The notes: generated by a model not told the origin, from the letters alone. Counted from the stretch's first letter, positions 50,759 to 61,116 are shown. The stretch is DNA of 64,000 nt from Candidatus Beckwithbacteria bacterium (GCA_026397255.1 JAPLVF010000007.1:3129-67128), one strand, 5' to 3'. Program-made: numbers and translations.

Positions 50759-52587
50759 ATTTTGCCGACTAGCTGGGCGTGGAATTTTTGGGATAAAACA
50801 GTCACAATTTTTTGCCTGATGGGAGCGATATCGGAAACGGATAAGTCTTTAGCCAAGCTTTGATAAACGAGGGTAAAAGTAAAATTGTGCTGATAAGTCT
50901 GGGAAAGATTAACAGATTTTATCAGTTTATCGATTTTTTTAATTGCTTCCAAGATTGGTCCAATTAAGGTTTTTCCCGGTAAGGTAAAGGTTAAATCTTC
51001 GATAATCGGGGGATGAGAAGAAACCGGTTGATAATGGGGGTAAATAGAGGCTTTTTTAAACACAGGCAGTAAATCAATCACCACAGAAGTTGGTTGATAT
51101 TGAGGAGTAATTGCGGTGTGAAGTTTGGCTGATAAAACTTCCACGATTCCCTTTAGGCGTAGGTAATCGTTAATACCACTGATGATCAGTTGCAATTTTT
51201 CTTCCGGTAATTTCCCGGGGCGAGGAATATAGACGTTAGCGATTTCAAAAGCCGGAAAAGATTGAGTATGGGAAGGGATCAAGGAGCGGCGCAAATATTG
51301 CCAGTCTTCCGATAGGGCGTTTTTAATCTTTAAGTGTGACGATAAAGGAAAGCCAGAATTGACAGCTAATTCTTTCGAAACCATGGAGTTGGTGTAAATT
51401 TCCGTTAAGCCCATGCCTGTCAGCCAGGTTTTAAGTTGATACTCGAGACTAAATTTTTCGTCTGGGTAGTTGGTGGGAATAGCGGTAGTCATGATTTGAC
51501 TGGGTAAACGGTGGTAACCGTAAATCCGGGCCACTTCTTCGACAATATCCTCGGGGATATTAATATCTTTGGCGCGCCAGGAAGGGATGGAGCCGTTAAT
51601 AAATCCCAGAGAATTCAGAATTTTATCCACTTCTGGTTGAGTGATTTCGATTCCTAGGCGTTCTTTGATTAATTGAAGCGGAGCTTTGACCATTTTTGGC
51701 TGATATGGTTTGGGATAAAGATCAATAATTTTACTTCCTTGTCGCCCATTAGTTAACTGTTTAAATAATTGAATTCCCTGGATTAAAACTGGCATAACTA
51801 ATTCCGGATCAGAGGCTTTTTCAAATAGTGTTGCCGCTTCGGTTCTTTGGGCTAAAGACATTGAAGTATAACGGATATTTATAGGATTGTAGGTTTGGAC
51901 AAATAATAAAATGTTTTTCGTGTTTACGTCGACGGCCGTATTAAAGCCGCCCATGATGCCACACAGGTCAATCAATTGCCCGCTAGCGTCTTCGATAACA
52001 ATATCTTTTCCCGTTAAGGTAAAAGTTTTGTTGTCCAGAGTGGTAATCTTTTCACCTTTTTTAGATAAACGAAGTTTCATGATTTTATTAATTTTGTCGA
52101 AATCAAAAGCATGGACTGGTTGACCATAAGCGCGCATTAAGTAGTTAGAAATATCAATAACATTATTGAGACTGCGAATGCCGGATTTTTCGAGCCGACC
52201 GCTAATCATTTTTGGCGACGGTTTAATAGCGACATCTTTGATGACTACTGCACTAAATCTGGGACAGAGTTGTTGGTCAACAATGACTTTTAAAGGGAAA
52301 GGTTTGCCTACAGGGAGAGAACCTGCAGGTTGAAAAAGGATATTTTTGAGTTTGGCTTTAAAGCCAAACTGGGGCAGAATGGCGGCGGCTTCGCGGGCGA
52401 TGCCCATGACGGACATGCAGTCAACCCGGTTAGTGGTAACTTCGATTTCGTAAAGATAATCATCTTTAGTTTTTGTTAGTTTTTCGACTGATGGACCACA
52501 AAGCGAGAGACACTCGGCAATTTTTGAGGGCGTTGCGTCGGTTTGTAAAAAATCGGTTAGCCAGGAATGAGGAATGGTAATATTCAT
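50755..52587 (-). CDS. pheT: Phenylalanyl-tRNA synthetase beta subunit (short form)
   Basis: B3/B4 and B5 region; follows pheS. Confidence 0.85.
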   Translation of the reverse strand: MNITIPHSWLTDFLQTDATPSKIAECLSLCGPSVEKLTKTKDDYLYEIEVTTNRVDCMSVMGIAREAAAILPQFGFKAKLKNILFQPAGSLPVGKPFPLKVIVDQQLCPRFSAVVIKDVAIKPSPKMISGRLEKSGIRSLNNVIDISNYLMRAYGQPVHAFDFDKINKIMKLRLSKKGEKITTLDNKTFTLTGKDIVIEDASGQLIDLCGIMGGFNTAVDVNTKNILLFVQTYNPINIRYTSMSLAQRTEAATLFEKASDPELVMPVLIQGIQLFKQLTNGRQGSKIIDLYPKPYQPKMVKAPLQLIKERLGIEITQPEVDKILNSLGFINGSIPSWRAKDINIPEDIVEEVARIYGYHRLPSQIMTTAIPTNYPDEKFSLEYQLKTWLTGMGLTEIYTNSMVSKELAVNSGFPLSSHLKIKNALSEDWQYLRRSLIPSHTQSFPAFEIANVYIPRPGKLPEEKLQLIISGINDYLRLKGIVEVLSAKLHTAITPQYQPTSVVIDLLPVFKKASIYPHYQPVSSHPPIIEDLTFTLPGKTLIGPILEAIKKIDKLIKSVNLSQTYQHNFTFTLVYQSLAKDLSVSDIAPIRQKIVTVLSQKFHAQLVGKI

Positions 52588-52591
52588 AAAT

Positions 52592-53638
52592 TTATAATTG
52601 ATTTAAAAAATCCAAATTAGTGCTGTATAAAAGGCGGATATCGTCAATATTAATTCCCGGTTTAAGCCTGAGAACCCGTTCCACTCCCCAACCGAAAGCA
52701 AAACCAGAATAGATTCGGGAGTCAATTTTACCGGCCGTTAAAACATTAGGGTGGATCATGCCGGCGCCGCCGACTTCCACCCAACCGGATTTGCAGAAAC
52801 GGCAGCCTTTACCTTGGCAAGCGGTGCAGGTAAAGTCGACTTCAAAAGACGGTTCGGTAAATTGGAAATGAAAGGGCCGAATCCGGGATTTAATGCCGCG
52901 GCCGAAAAATTGTTCGCCAAAATAATCCAAGGTGCCCTTAAGATGTGAGATAGAAATAGCTTTATCAATTACCAGGCCTTCAAATTGGTGGAACATAACT
53001 GTATGGGTAGCATCCTGCTGGCGGCGGTAACATTTGCCTAAGTTAAGCATGCGAATCGGTGGACCTGCCTGCGCAGGCAGGGTTTTAACTCTTTCCATTT
53101 CCCGGACTTGGCCGTTGGAAGTATGGGTGGTTAAAACCATTTTGCCCATTTGGTTGTCTTCCGGGGTGTCGATAAAAATAGTTTCCCATTCATCCCGGGC
53201 TGGATGGCCGGCGGGCATATTTAGGGATTCAAAAACGTACCAGTCCCAATCAACTTCCGGATAGCGAACGCGGGTAAAACCGATATGTTCAAAGATACGG
53301 GTGATTTCTTCAATGGCTTGAGTGATGGGGTGAAGATGGCCTAAGGTTGGTTGTTTTCCGGGCAGAGTCGGGTCGAACCAAATGGTTTGATGGGTATTGG
53401 TTAAAGTCTTGAATTTGGTAGAAATAGCTTGTTCAACGGCGTTTTTGACGTCATTAGCCAGACGGCCGACTTGGGCTTTAGCGGTTTGATCAAGCTGAGG
53501 AATAGTTTTAAGGATTAGGGTAATTTGCCCTTTGCGACCCAAATACTCAATCTTTAACCGTTCAAGGTCATTTTTGTTTTCTGTTTGATTGATTAAAGCC
53601 AGGGCTTGGTTTTTCAAATTTAGCAACTTAGTTTCCAT
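52592..53638 (-). CDS. pheS: Phenylalanyl-tRNA synthetase alpha subunit
   Basis: Class II motifs, FEGLV..; gene order. Confidence 0.9.
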   Translation of the reverse strand: METKLLNLKNQALALINQTENKNDLERLKIEYLGRKGQITLILKTIPQLDQTAKAQVGRLANDVKNAVEQAISTKFKTLTNTHQTIWFDPTLPGKQPTLGHLHPITQAIEEITRIFEHIGFTRVRYPEVDWDWYVFESLNMPAGHPARDEWETIFIDTPEDNQMGKMVLTTHTSNGQVREMERVKTLPAQAGPPIRMLNLGKCYRRQQDATHTVMFHQFEGLVIDKAISISHLKGTLDYFGEQFFGRGIKSRIRPFHFQFTEPSFEVDFTCTACQGKGCRFCKSGWVEVGGAGMIHPNVLTAGKIDSRIYSGFAFGWGVERVLRLKPGINIDDIRLLYSTNLDFLNQL

Positions 53639-53653
53639 AAATATTAGAATAGC

Positions 53654-53680
53654 ATAAAAAAACCTCCTCTTGGGAGGTTT
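53654..53680 (-). terminator. Hairpin AAACCUCC-CAAGA-GGAGGUUU + U-run between rplT and pheS (15 nt before pheS ATG)
   Basis: Read on minus strand; position analogous to the E. coli pheST attenuator. Confidence 0.5.
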
Positions 53681-53704
53681 AAAAAGTTCAAAAATTAACC
53701 TCCC

Positions 53705-54046
53705 TTAAGAAGCTTTGGTAAAGACAAATTTAAAAGTAGCGGGATCAGAGACAGCCAAGTCAGCTAAAATCTTGCGGTCAAGATCAATTTGGTTCGTTTT
53801 TAAAGCTTTAATAAATCGGCTGTAGTTTAAGTCAGTACCAGTCAGAGCCGCGTTAATTCTTTGAATCCACAAGCGACGGAAGTTTCTTTTTGTCCGTTTG
53901 CGGCCGTGATAGGCATAAGCGCCGGCGTGAATAACAGTTTCTTTAGCGGCTTGATATTGCCGGCGGCGGGCCATAATAAAGCCCTGGGCCATTTTTAAAA
54001 CTTTTTTGTGATGTTGGCGACGGACAATGCCGGTTTTAGCACGCAT
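53705..54046 (-). CDS. rplT: 50S ribosomal protein L20
   Basis: MRAKTGIVRRQHHKK... Confidence 0.9.
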   Translation of the reverse strand: MRAKTGIVRRQHHKKVLKMAQGFIMARRRQYQAAKETVIHAGAYAYHGRKRTKRNFRRLWIQRINAALTGTDLNYSRFIKALKTNQIDLDRKILADLAVSDPATFKFVFTKAS

Positions 54047-54047
54047 A

Positions 54048-54260
54048 TTATTTTCCTAGCATTTTAACTAACTTTTTAGCCATACTGCCGAAAACTTCCT
54101 GAGGAGCACGTTTACGGCGGCTGTTTTTCCGGCTGCGGTTGGCTTTTAAGTGACGGTTTTGGTTGCAGCGCCTTAAAATCTTACCGGTTTTGGTAAAGCG
54201 AAACCGTTTGGCGACGGAGTGCCTGGTTTTTAGTTTAACGATTTTATTTTTTTTCTTCAT
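54048..54260 (-). CDS. rpmI: 50S ribosomal protein L35
   Basis: MKKKNKIVKLKTRHSVAKRFRFT. Confidence 0.85.
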   Translation of the reverse strand: MKKKNKIVKLKTRHSVAKRFRFTKTGKILRRCNQNRHLKANRSRKNSRRKRAPQEVFGSMAKKLVKMLGK

Positions 54261-54819
54261 ATTTTTTTCCTTTAATCGGGCTAAAAATAGTCCACAAAAG
54301 TTTACCTTGCATTTTAGGTTGTGACTCTTGTGTACCGTATTCTACCACTTCTTGGGCGGCTTTTTGCAAGAGTGTAAAACCAAACTCTTTGCGGCTGATT
54401 TGGCGACCGGTAAATTTAACGGTTAATTTAACTTTATTATCCTCGCTTAAAAATTTTTTAGTTTGTTTCATGCGGGTTTGAAAATCGCCCTGGGCAATAA
54501 AAGGAGTAATCCGAACCTCTTTTTGCTCGGTATTTTTGGTTTTTTTCTTACCTTCTTTTTCTTTTTGGCTTTGAATATACTTAAATTTATTAAAATTGAT
54601 AATCCGGGCGACGGGAGGATTGGCCTTATCAGCGACTAAAATTAAATCCATGCCCATTTGCCGGGCTTTGAAAATCGCTTCGTCACGGGACATGACGCCG
54701 ATTTGTTTTTCATCCGGTCCGACGACCCGCAGTTGTGGTGCGCTAATATACTGGTTAAGTTTATAGAACTTCTGCATAAATATCAAAAAGGTTGGACCTT
54801 TTGGAACCAGAAGGTCCAA
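54244..54819 (-). CDS. infC: Translation initiation factor IF-3 (ORF-track TTG start lies inside a hairpin; probable true ATG at 54777)
   Basis: LRVVGPDEKQIGVMSRDEA..DLILVAD..PPVARIINFNKFKY conserved IF3 N- and C-domains. Confidence 0.85.
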   Translation of the reverse strand: MDLLVPKGPTFLIFMQKFYKLNQYISAPQLRVVGPDEKQIGVMSRDEAIFKARQMGMDLILVADKANPPVARIINFNKFKYIQSQKEKEGKKKTKNTEQKEVRITPFIAQGDFQTRMKQTKKFLSEDNKVKLTVKFTGRQISRKEFGFTLLQKAAQEVVEYGTQESQPKMQGKLLWTIFSPIKGKKYEEKK

Positions 54820-54821
54820 CC
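54790..54821 (-). terminator. Hairpin GGUUGGACC...GGUCCAACC + U5 immediately after thrS stop and ~12 nt before infC ATG
   Basis: Near-perfect 11-bp stem read on minus strand. Confidence 0.5.
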
Positions 54822-56549
54822 TTAAAGGATAATTTTTTCTTTAATTTCTTTTTGTATTTTATCAGTAAACTTTTCTATTGTCATCTGCCCAAAATCTTTA
54901 CCGGAACGGTGACGGATAGAAACAGTTTTATTGCTTACTTCTTTTTCCCCAATAATTAACATATAACTGACTTTTTCCTGTTGGGCGTCGCGGATTTTAG
55001 CGCCTAAAGATTCAGCTCGGTCATCTAGTTCAGCCCGGATATTATTGGCTTTAAGCTGATTAATAATTTTACGGGCATAATCGTTTTGTTTGTCAGTAAT
55101 CGGCAATATTTTTACCTGTACCGGAGTTAGCCAAGCGGGAAAGTTTCCGCCAAAGTGTTCAATTAAAAAGGCCATCGTACGTTCAAAAGCCCCTAAAGAC
55201 GAACGGTGGATGACTACCGGTTCTTCATCTTTTCCGTCTTGATTGATGTAAGTCATTTGAAAACGTTTGGGCATAACAAAATCATATTGAACCGTAAAAG
55301 CAGTTTCTTCTTTGCCTAAGACATTCTTAATTTGCACATCAATCTTAGGACCGTAAAAAGCAGCCTCATTAGGGGCTTCAAAAAATGGCGCTTTAGTTTT
55401 AACTAAAACTTCACGTAAAATTTGTTCCGCTTCTTTCCAAGCCTTAGAACCCTGCTGATCCCCTAGTGATAAGCGGTAGCGATAATCAATGCCTTTTTTC
55501 ATCCCTAAAGTTTTATTAACATAATCGATTAAATCGAGCACGGAAATTATTTCGGCTTTAGCTTGTTTTTTAGTCACCATAATATGAGCATCAGCTAAAC
55601 AAAAAGTGCGAACTCTCATTAAGCCGGTTAGCTCGCCGCTTTTTTCATAACGGAACTGAGGAGAAAGTTCAGCAAATCTGACCGGTAAATCTTTATAGCT
55701 ACGCGGTTTTGATTTATAGAGCATAAAGTGATGAGGACAGGTCATCGGCCGCAAAATTAATTCTTCTTCGTCAATTTTCATGGGGGGATACATCGTGTCT
55801 TTATAATAGGGGTAATGACCGGATTTTTTATAAAGATCAGTTTTAGCTAAGACAGGTGTGTAAACGTGTTGATAGCCGCGTTTAATTTCTTCGTCAACAA
55901 TAAAACGCTCCAGTTCTCGGCGAATAACTGAACCGTTTGGAGTTAATAAAGGCAAGCCTTTACCAATTAGATCAGAAAAGACAAAGAGATCGAGATTTTT
56001 CCCTAAGACGCGATGATCGCGCTTTTTGGCTTCTTCCAAAAGTTTCAGATACTCATCTAATTCTTTTTGGGAATAAAAAGCCGTGCCGTAAATCCGGGTT
56101 AACATTTTATTTTTCTCATCGCCGTGCCAGTAAGCACCGGCAACGGATAAAAGTTTGAAAGCTTTAATTTCACTGGTGGATTTAACGTGCGGGCCGGAGC
56201 AAAGATCAACAAATTTATTTCCAGTCCAGTAAACCGTCGGTTTATCAATTTCCTGAAGCCATTCCTGTTTGTACAGATTGTCATTAAATAAGTCTTTCGC
56301 TTCTTTTAGAGGTAAAGTTTTTTTAGCAATTGCCAGGTTGCGGGTAATAATAGACAACATTTCCGCCTCGATTTTAGGAAAATCAGCTTCGGATATTTTT
56401 TCCTCGCCTTTCCACTCAAAGTCCATATAAAAACCGTCATCAGTCGCCGGCCCCATCGCCGGGATGACTTTATCGCCATATAAATTAATCATGGCTTGAT
56501 GAAGCACATGTTCAGCGGTATGGCGTAATGGATGTAAATCTTTTGGCAT
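54822..56549 (-). CDS. thrS: Threonyl-tRNA synthetase (no N-terminal TGS domain)
   Basis: Editing-domain HxxxH, class II core and anticodon-binding domain; 575 aa. Confidence 0.9.
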   Translation of the reverse strand: MPKDLHPLRHTAEHVLHQAMINLYGDKVIPAMGPATDDGFYMDFEWKGEEKISEADFPKIEAEMLSIITRNLAIAKKTLPLKEAKDLFNDNLYKQEWLQEIDKPTVYWTGNKFVDLCSGPHVKSTSEIKAFKLLSVAGAYWHGDEKNKMLTRIYGTAFYSQKELDEYLKLLEEAKKRDHRVLGKNLDLFVFSDLIGKGLPLLTPNGSVIRRELERFIVDEEIKRGYQHVYTPVLAKTDLYKKSGHYPYYKDTMYPPMKIDEEELILRPMTCPHHFMLYKSKPRSYKDLPVRFAELSPQFRYEKSGELTGLMRVRTFCLADAHIMVTKKQAKAEIISVLDLIDYVNKTLGMKKGIDYRYRLSLGDQQGSKAWKEAEQILREVLVKTKAPFFEAPNEAAFYGPKIDVQIKNVLGKEETAFTVQYDFVMPKRFQMTYINQDGKDEEPVVIHRSSLGAFERTMAFLIEHFGGNFPAWLTPVQVKILPITDKQNDYARKIINQLKANNIRAELDDRAESLGAKIRDAQQEKVSYMLIIGEKEVSNKTVSIRHRSGKDFGQMTIEKFTDKIQKEIKEKIIL

Positions 56550-56558
56550 AATTGGCTG

Positions 56559-56632
56559 TGGACGATACAGGATTTGAACCTGTGGCCTCTACAATGTCAA
56601 TGTAGCGCTCTAACCAGCTGAGCTAACCGTCC
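56559..56632 (-). tRNA. tRNA-Val (anticodon GAC)
   Basis: Manual fold: D-arm GCTCAGCTGGTTAGAGC, anticodon stem CTACA/TGTAG with loop TTGACAT, T-loop GGTTCAAATCC; 9 nt upstream of thrS ATG. Confidence 0.8.
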
Positions 56633-56677
56633 ACTAGAAAATATTCTATCAGAAAATGAAAGGATAAAGAAGTTTAT

Positions 56678-57250
56678 TTATCCAGCCTGGGTGGCGGCGG
56701 TGCGGTCGGCAGACAGCATAAAGCTAGTGCCGCCTTTGGTGACACCCTGCCAATAAGCGGACTTACATTGAGAGCGGTGATTATGCATTTGCAGCCAAGT
56801 TCTGGAATCGGCAATTTTCTTTTTGGCCAGTTTAATTAATTGAATTAAACGCTCAAAGAAATTTTTGTGATAAATTCCCGGATTAACGACAGCCTGAAAA
56901 GCGGCTTTATCCACTTCTTCGATTAAACCGATATGTTCTTTGGCTAATTCTTTAATCTGAATTTGCAGGGTGGCAATTTGGGTTTTGATTTCCTGTTTGT
57001 CCCGGGAAAAAATAACTTGCTCTTCCCGGCGGATAGCCTCAAAGTGCATTCTTTCCTGACTGCGAATTTTATTTTCCTGTTGATTTAGGAATTCTTCAAA
57101 GTTAAAACCGCCGTCTTGGATCCCCGCGGCAGGTTGGGTTTTCGATTGAGAACCACTGGCATCCTTAAAGGCCTCCAAAAAATTTTGGAATTTTGGACTA
57201 CTCTTTTTCTTTTTTGATTGATCGCTAAGCGAATTCATTTTTTTGATCAT
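56678..57250 (-). CDS. Hypothetical protein
   Basis: 190 aa, K-rich N-terminus, coiled coil; no family. Confidence 0.35.
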   Translation of the reverse strand: MIKKMNSLSDQSKKKKSSPKFQNFLEAFKDASGSQSKTQPAAGIQDGGFNFEEFLNQQENKIRSQERMHFEAIRREEQVIFSRDKQEIKTQIATLQIQIKELAKEHIGLIEEVDKAAFQAVVNPGIYHKNFFERLIQLIKLAKKKIADSRTWLQMHNHRSQCKSAYWQGVTKGGTSFMLSADRTAATQAG

Positions 57251-57302
57251 TAGCGCCTTATGGCAGGCTTAATTTTAATTTGTCTATTTGGCGCGAATTA
57301 TA

Positions 57303-58163
57303 TCAAAGACCGATAAGATAGTCAATTGCCTGACGTTTTCTTAAGATTGAGCCAATATAGGCTCTTTGAGTGGGGGTATTCAGTTCTTTTTTGAGTTTTT
57401 CGTCACCGGCAGCAGAAATCATTTGATCAACTTCCTTGTCTTCGACTTTGAATTTTCGGTCTTCAGCGATAGCCTGTAAAATAAGTTCCAATTTTAAAGT
57501 ATTGGTGGCAGTGGCTTGATATTCTTGCCTGATTTGAGCGACTGTTTTGTTATTGGAAACCGCATATTGATCTAGGTTCAAGCCCAATTTTTGAATTTGG
57601 TCTAAAAGACGGCTAAGCAAGCGGTCGCGTTCATCATTAATTAATAGGTCAGACAGATCAATTTTAGTTTCTTCAAGCAGGGCCTTGGAAATCAAATTCA
57701 GTTTTTGGGTTTGAGTTAATTCCTTGTCTTTTTTAGCGTCGATTTTACCCTTGTCAGGAGTCCAGAATTTGGCGGTAGCGAGGGCGCCATGACAGATTTT
57801 TTGATAATCCCCGAGTTTGATTTCAGGTAATTCACAGCTGGTGGCTTTAAACTGCCAGGGCTTATTCTCTTCAGCGGAGATAATAGTAATTTTGGGGCTA
57901 ACGGCCGGTCTTAATTTATGTTCAGCGATAAGTTTGGCATAAGAAAGCGGCAGAAGTTGGTTAATGACTTCACCGTAAAGTTTGCCCTTATCGACGTTTT
58001 TTTCCACCAGGGTTTTGGGAGCTTTTCCTTGGCGAAAACCCTCGATTTTAACCTCTTTAACTAAATCGTTGAGAACTTTGTCGTAGGTAGTTTTAACTTC
58101 TTCCCAGGGAAGGGAGAATTCCAGCTCAAAGGTTTTTTTAGGAAGCCACGTCAGCTTGGTCAT
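57303..58163 (-). CDS. tig: Trigger factor (short, N-terminal ribosome-binding + C-terminal domains)
   Basis: GFRQGKAP signature of the trigger factor ribosome-binding loop. Confidence 0.7.
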   Translation of the reverse strand: MTKLTWLPKKTFELEFSLPWEEVKTTYDKVLNDLVKEVKIEGFRQGKAPKTLVEKNVDKGKLYGEVINQLLPLSYAKLIAEHKLRPAVSPKITIISAEENKPWQFKATSCELPEIKLGDYQKICHGALATAKFWTPDKGKIDAKKDKELTQTQKLNLISKALLEETKIDLSDLLINDERDRLLSRLLDQIQKLGLNLDQYAVSNNKTVAQIRQEYQATATNTLKLELILQAIAEDRKFKVEDKEVDQMISAAGDEKLKKELNTPTQRAYIGSILRKRQAIDYLIGL

Positions 58164-58175
58164 GGCAGGATTATA

Positions 58176-59387
58176 TCATTCATATCTAATGGCTTCCAGA
58201 GGGGTTAAGTTGGCGGCCCGACGGGCGGGAAAGACGCCAAAAGTAATACCGATGGCGGAGGAAACAAAGAAAGCGAGAAGAACGGAAATCAAGTTGATGC
58301 TGGCAGGAAAAGCAGTGCGGACCATCAGAACAATCAGAGCGGCAAGAATTAAGCCGATGATGCCACCGAAAGCAGAGAGAATAACTGATTCAGATAAAAA
58401 CTGAACCAGAATGTCTTTTTTAGTGGCGCCTAAGCCTCGGCGGATACCGATTTCTTTCGTCCGTTCCGTGACCGTAGCAAACATGATATTCATAATGCCA
58501 ATGCCGCCGACTAAGAGAGAAATAGAAGCAATGGCAATTAAGACACTATTGATAATAGTAAAAATTTGATTAACCGTGGATAAGATTTCCGTCTGTTCGG
58601 TGACGGAAAAATCATCAGCTTTATAACGTTTTAATAAAACTGTTTTAGCTTTAGCTTTGACCAACTCAATTTTGGTTTTGTCATTAACGCCCAAATAAAT
58701 AGTAAAGAAAGTTTTATTAGGGTTTAAGCCGGCAAAAGTAGTCCGGTACGGCATAATCACACTACTATCCATTTCCCGATCGCCTTTTTTTTCAGCCACG
58801 CCCACAACCGTAAAGCGAAGGCTATTTACTTTAACGGTTTTACCGACTGCTTTGTTGGGGTCGACAAAAAGTTGCTGAGCTAAAGTAAAGCCAAGAACGG
58901 CGATTTTCGCCCGGCTTTGATCATCTTTTTTGGTGAGTATCCGACCGCTGACAGGCTTGATATTCATTAAAGTAAACATGGATTCAGTAGTTCCTTGAAC
59001 GTAACCCAAGCGTTTGATAGCGTTAGCCTCGACGGTAGAGCTTTTAAAGTACACGGGGACAACATAGTCGGCTTGGCTGTTTTTGACGAGATTAAGATAG
59101 TCTTTTTCGTCAAAATTAGCGCCGCCGGCAAAACCGGAACCAAAATTACCGCCGGCACCGGCGTCAGAATTAAACACGTTGCCGGGGAAAATAATAATCA
59201 GATTGGATCCGAGCCTTTCAAATTGTTGCTGGATGTAATTTTTTAAGCCTAAGCCCAAGGCAATCAAAAGCACGACGGATAAAACTCCGATCATGATACC
59301 AAGGGAAGTTAATAAAGTCCGGACTTTATTCCGTTGGAAATCGGCCAGAGCATCTTTAAATAAAGGGATTAGGTTTAAGTCGGTCAT
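58176..59387 (-). CDS. ABC transporter permease, MacB/FtsX type
   Basis: N-terminal TM, large periplasmic domain, C-terminal 3 TMs. Confidence 0.8.
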   Translation of the reverse strand: MTDLNLIPLFKDALADFQRNKVRTLLTSLGIMIGVLSVVLLIALGLGLKNYIQQQFERLGSNLIIIFPGNVFNSDAGAGGNFGSGFAGGANFDEKDYLNLVKNSQADYVVPVYFKSSTVEANAIKRLGYVQGTTESMFTLMNIKPVSGRILTKKDDQSRAKIAVLGFTLAQQLFVDPNKAVGKTVKVNSLRFTVVGVAEKKGDREMDSSVIMPYRTTFAGLNPNKTFFTIYLGVNDKTKIELVKAKAKTVLLKRYKADDFSVTEQTEILSTVNQIFTIINSVLIAIASISLLVGGIGIMNIMFATVTERTKEIGIRRGLGATKKDILVQFLSESVILSAFGGIIGLILAALIVLMVRTAFPASINLISVLLAFFVSSAIGITFGVFPARRAANLTPLEAIRYE

Positions 59388-60070
59388 AGATATTTTTTGA
59401 CGATAGTTCCATCGCGAATATAAACTCTTTTTTTAGCCCTTTGGGCAATGTCTGGTTCATGGGTGACCATGATAACAGTGGTGTTAAATTCCTGGTTTAG
59501 GTTTTCGATGAGTTTGATGATTTCGTTGCCGGTTTTAGTATCCAGGTTGCCGGTGGGTTCATCAGCCAAAATAATTTTTGGATTCATCATGACCGCCCGG
59601 GCGATGGCCACCCGCTGCTGCTGGCCGCCGGAAATTTTATTAGGAAAAAAATCCCGACGGTGAAGAATACCGAACTTTTTTAAGAGGGTTAATGCCCGGT
59701 TCAGCGGATTAAAATTAAGTTTTCCCTTATAGAATTTAGCGGGCAGAAGCACGTTTTCTAAAACCGTCAGTTTATTGATTAAATTAAATTGTTGAAAGAC
59801 AAAACCGATCGTGGCATTTCTCAGATGGGAAAGGGCGTTATCGGAAAGATGACTAATATCTTGGTTGTTTAAGATAATTTGGCCGGAACTGGGAGTTTCT
59901 AAAAGACCGATTAAATACATTAAAGTGGATTTGCCGCTGCCGGACGAACCCCGGATACTGAGGTATTCTTTAGCTTTAATTTTTAAATTAATGTGACTGA
60001 CGGCGTTAACGGCTTCAGTGCCTAAGTAGTAGGTTTTGCAAACGTTTTTCAGTTCAATTATGGGAGCCAT
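59384..60070 (-). CDS. ABC transporter ATP-binding protein (MacB/LolD-like)
   Basis: Walker A GSSGSGKST, signature SGGQQQR, Walker B ILADEPT. Confidence 0.9.
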   Translation of the reverse strand: MAPIIELKNVCKTYYLGTEAVNAVSHINLKIKAKEYLSIRGSSGSGKSTLMYLIGLLETPSSGQIILNNQDISHLSDNALSHLRNATIGFVFQQFNLINKLTVLENVLLPAKFYKGKLNFNPLNRALTLLKKFGILHRRDFFPNKISGGQQQRVAIARAVMMNPKIILADEPTGNLDTKTGNEIIKLIENLNQEFNTTVIMVTHEPDIAQRAKKRVYIRDGTIVKKYL

Positions 60071-60072
60071 GC

Positions 60073-61116
60073 TTATTTTTTAAGTTTTTTGCCAATAACC
60101 ACGATTTGTTCCGGGTTTAAACCGCTAGTAATTTCAGTCAGATCGCCGTTGCTGGTGCCAGTGATGACGGTTAGAGACTTGAGTCGATGATTAACGACGA
60201 TCTGGACTTGAGTTTGACCGTTGGTTTCATTAATCGCAGCCGTGGGAACGCTTAAGACATTATTTTTGGCATTAACTAAGATACTCACTTCCCCATTCAT
60301 GCCAAGAAGCAAAGATTGGTCAATCGAGTTGACGAGTTTAAACTTAGCGATAAAGACCGTGCTGCCGGAAGAATCAGCTTGGCTGTTAAAGTCGATGGAA
60401 TCAACGGTTACCGGGATTGGTTTATCCGGGTAGGCATCAAGAGTAATTTCCGCCGCTTGCTGGACTTTAACCAGACTAATATCCATTTCATCGATTTGGG
60501 CTTCAAAAACCAGATTTTGCGGATCGGCGACAGTAAAAACAGCGGCGGCAGGGATAATGTTAACGCCGGAAACCGGGGTATCAATATGAGTGACAATGCC
60601 GCTGATTGGAGTAATTAAGGTGGCATATTTTAAGGTAATATCCTGTAGTTCAACATCTAAAACTGCTTTATCCAGGTCATATTGGTTTTTTTGTAAAATT
60701 CGGCTGATAGTGTCGGTTAGGGCTGTATCTCGGTAGGTAACTTTAAGGGCTTCATCAAAGTCGTTGCGTTCTTTGGAAAAATCCAGCAAGTACTTTTGTA
60801 AAGTCTTTTTTAATTGTTTTTGGTCCAGACTGGCTAAAGCCTGCCATTTGTTGACATAATCCCCTTCTTTAACTCCGACCCAAGCGAGCTGGCCGGCAGT
60901 TTGGAATTGTAGGTTAACTTCGGTAGCGGACTTGACTTTACCGGAAGCGGTAACGGTTTGGCGGATATCCTGAAAAGCGGCCGGAACTAAATCGTAAAGC
61001 GTTTCTGGGGCTTTCGGCCAAAATTTCTGATAACTTAACCAGCCGCTGCCGAACAGAACAATGATTATCAATCCGGTCTGCCACCGATGCTGTTTTAGCC
61101 ACGTTAAAATAATCAT
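60073..61116 (-). CDS. Periplasmic adaptor (membrane fusion protein, HlyD/MacA-like)
   Basis: N-terminal TM, coiled-coil, beta-barrel pattern; operon with ABC ATPase/permease. Confidence 0.7.
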   Translation of the reverse strand: MIILTWLKQHRWQTGLIIIVLFGSGWLSYQKFWPKAPETLYDLVPAAFQDIRQTVTASGKVKSATEVNLQFQTAGQLAWVGVKEGDYVNKWQALASLDQKQLKKTLQKYLLDFSKERNDFDEALKVTYRDTALTDTISRILQKNQYDLDKAVLDVELQDITLKYATLITPISGIVTHIDTPVSGVNIIPAAAVFTVADPQNLVFEAQIDEMDISLVKVQQAAEITLDAYPDKPIPVTVDSIDFNSQADSSGSTVFIAKFKLVNSIDQSLLLGMNGEVSILVNAKNNVLSVPTAAINETNGQTQVQIVVNHRLKSLTVITGTSNGDLTEITSGLNPEQIVVIGKKLKK

